This document shows, one piece after another, positions 63,239 through 64,000 of a stretch of DNA of 64,000 bases. Numbering within the stretch: the first letter of the stretch is position 1; each line of letters starts with the position of its first letter. Both the position numbers and the translations under genes were made by a program. The DNA lies in contig AP026138.1 of assembly GCA_030295235.1 (NCBI GenBank), forward strand, positions 248,001 through 312,000. Reading direction: 5' to 3'. Source of the stretch: Fistulifera solaris. Lineage: Eukaryota. The notes under the pieces were generated by a model. The model saw only the letters and a list, made by a program, of their open reading frames with translations, searched no databases and was not told the origin of the DNA.

Positions 63239-63722
63239 AAAACGTGGAACGGTTTTGTTTGTTTTCTGGTTTCTCAATGAAAGATATCGAAAGGCTTGAA
63301 TAGATTGTTGGTGAGTGCAGCTACAACTACAACAACAGCAATCCACGCGTTTGCTTCTCGATCAGATGTGATTGATCCACAAAATAGGCGGTCAACGGAA
63401 CATCTGCTGTTTTGCTGCGTTTCGCCTTCACACGATAACTCCCTCCACACGGACGGCGGAGGAACGAACGAAGTTTCAGCCTTCCAAAAAAGCGTTGTTG
63501 ATTGGCTCCTTCAACATGGCTACTGAAACGTGTCGCTGCGGTTTTGTATTCCCGCGGATGGACTTTCTGATGGATGGACAGACGATGCCATCGTTTCGTA
63601 TCTTTACGTGCCGCTCGCATCCACTCAAAAAAATAGCAATCGTTCATAAAAACGCATCGCAACATGACGGTGGCTGTCCTTACAAAATAAACTACTGCAT
63701 ATTATGGCAATATGAGTCAACC

Positions 63723-64000
63723 ATGGCTTCGAAATCGCAATCATTTGTTCGCTTTATGCAACTTACGAACCGACGGGCGCAAAGCCAGCGAAATTCGTCG
63801 CATGCGTTTCCAAATGGGCGTCGTCGAGCAAGTCGCCGGAAGTGCCTTGGTGGAAATGGGTTTGACGGCCGTCTTGGCGACAGTGACGGGACCCACCGAA
63901 TGCCTGCGTCGGGCCGATGAACTTCCCGATCGCGCTGTCTTACAGGTACACTTTGCGGCGGCCCCATTTTGTACGGCCGATCGCAAGCACGTCCCGACGA
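63723..64000 (+). CDS. RRP41: Exosome complex component RRP41/EXOSC4 (5' part; runs off the window)
   Basis: After a frameshift near 63750 the frame reads LRTDGRKASEIRRM..GSALVEMGLTAVLATVTGP.E..DRAVLQV.F..APF..DRK (RNase PH fold). Not present in the ORF track. Confidence 0.85.

Overview
Eukaryotic nuclear DNA from a diatom (inferred from short GT-AG introns, bipartite ASAF-type plastid leaders, a TPI-GAPDH fusion and DUF6824 paralogues). The window is gene-dense: about 30 protein-coding genes and two tRNAs (Thr-TGT, Ser-CGA). About 20 single-base frameshifts, many in homopolymers, split essential genes and look like uncorrected long-read assembly errors, so the ORF track fragments many genes and misses some (RRP41, the HEI10 RING, the HMG box). 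Most notable: (1) three clustered, intronless, secreted proteins built only of bacterial-type CBM6-like modules (5+3+3) with no catalytic domain; (2) an alveolate-type ion-channel/adenylyl-cyclase fusion with both metal-binding aspartates replaced by Ala; (3) three adjacent DUF6824 paralogues that share extra conserved motifs, next to a HEI10-like gene; (4) a GAF hybrid histidine kinase with a degenerate ATP-binding domain; (5) a membrane-anchored GH130/GT108-like propeller protein; (6) a 25-bp inverted repeat, structured long first introns and many period-7 tandem repeats in intergenic DNA. All family assignments come from motif recognition by eye; no database searches were run.
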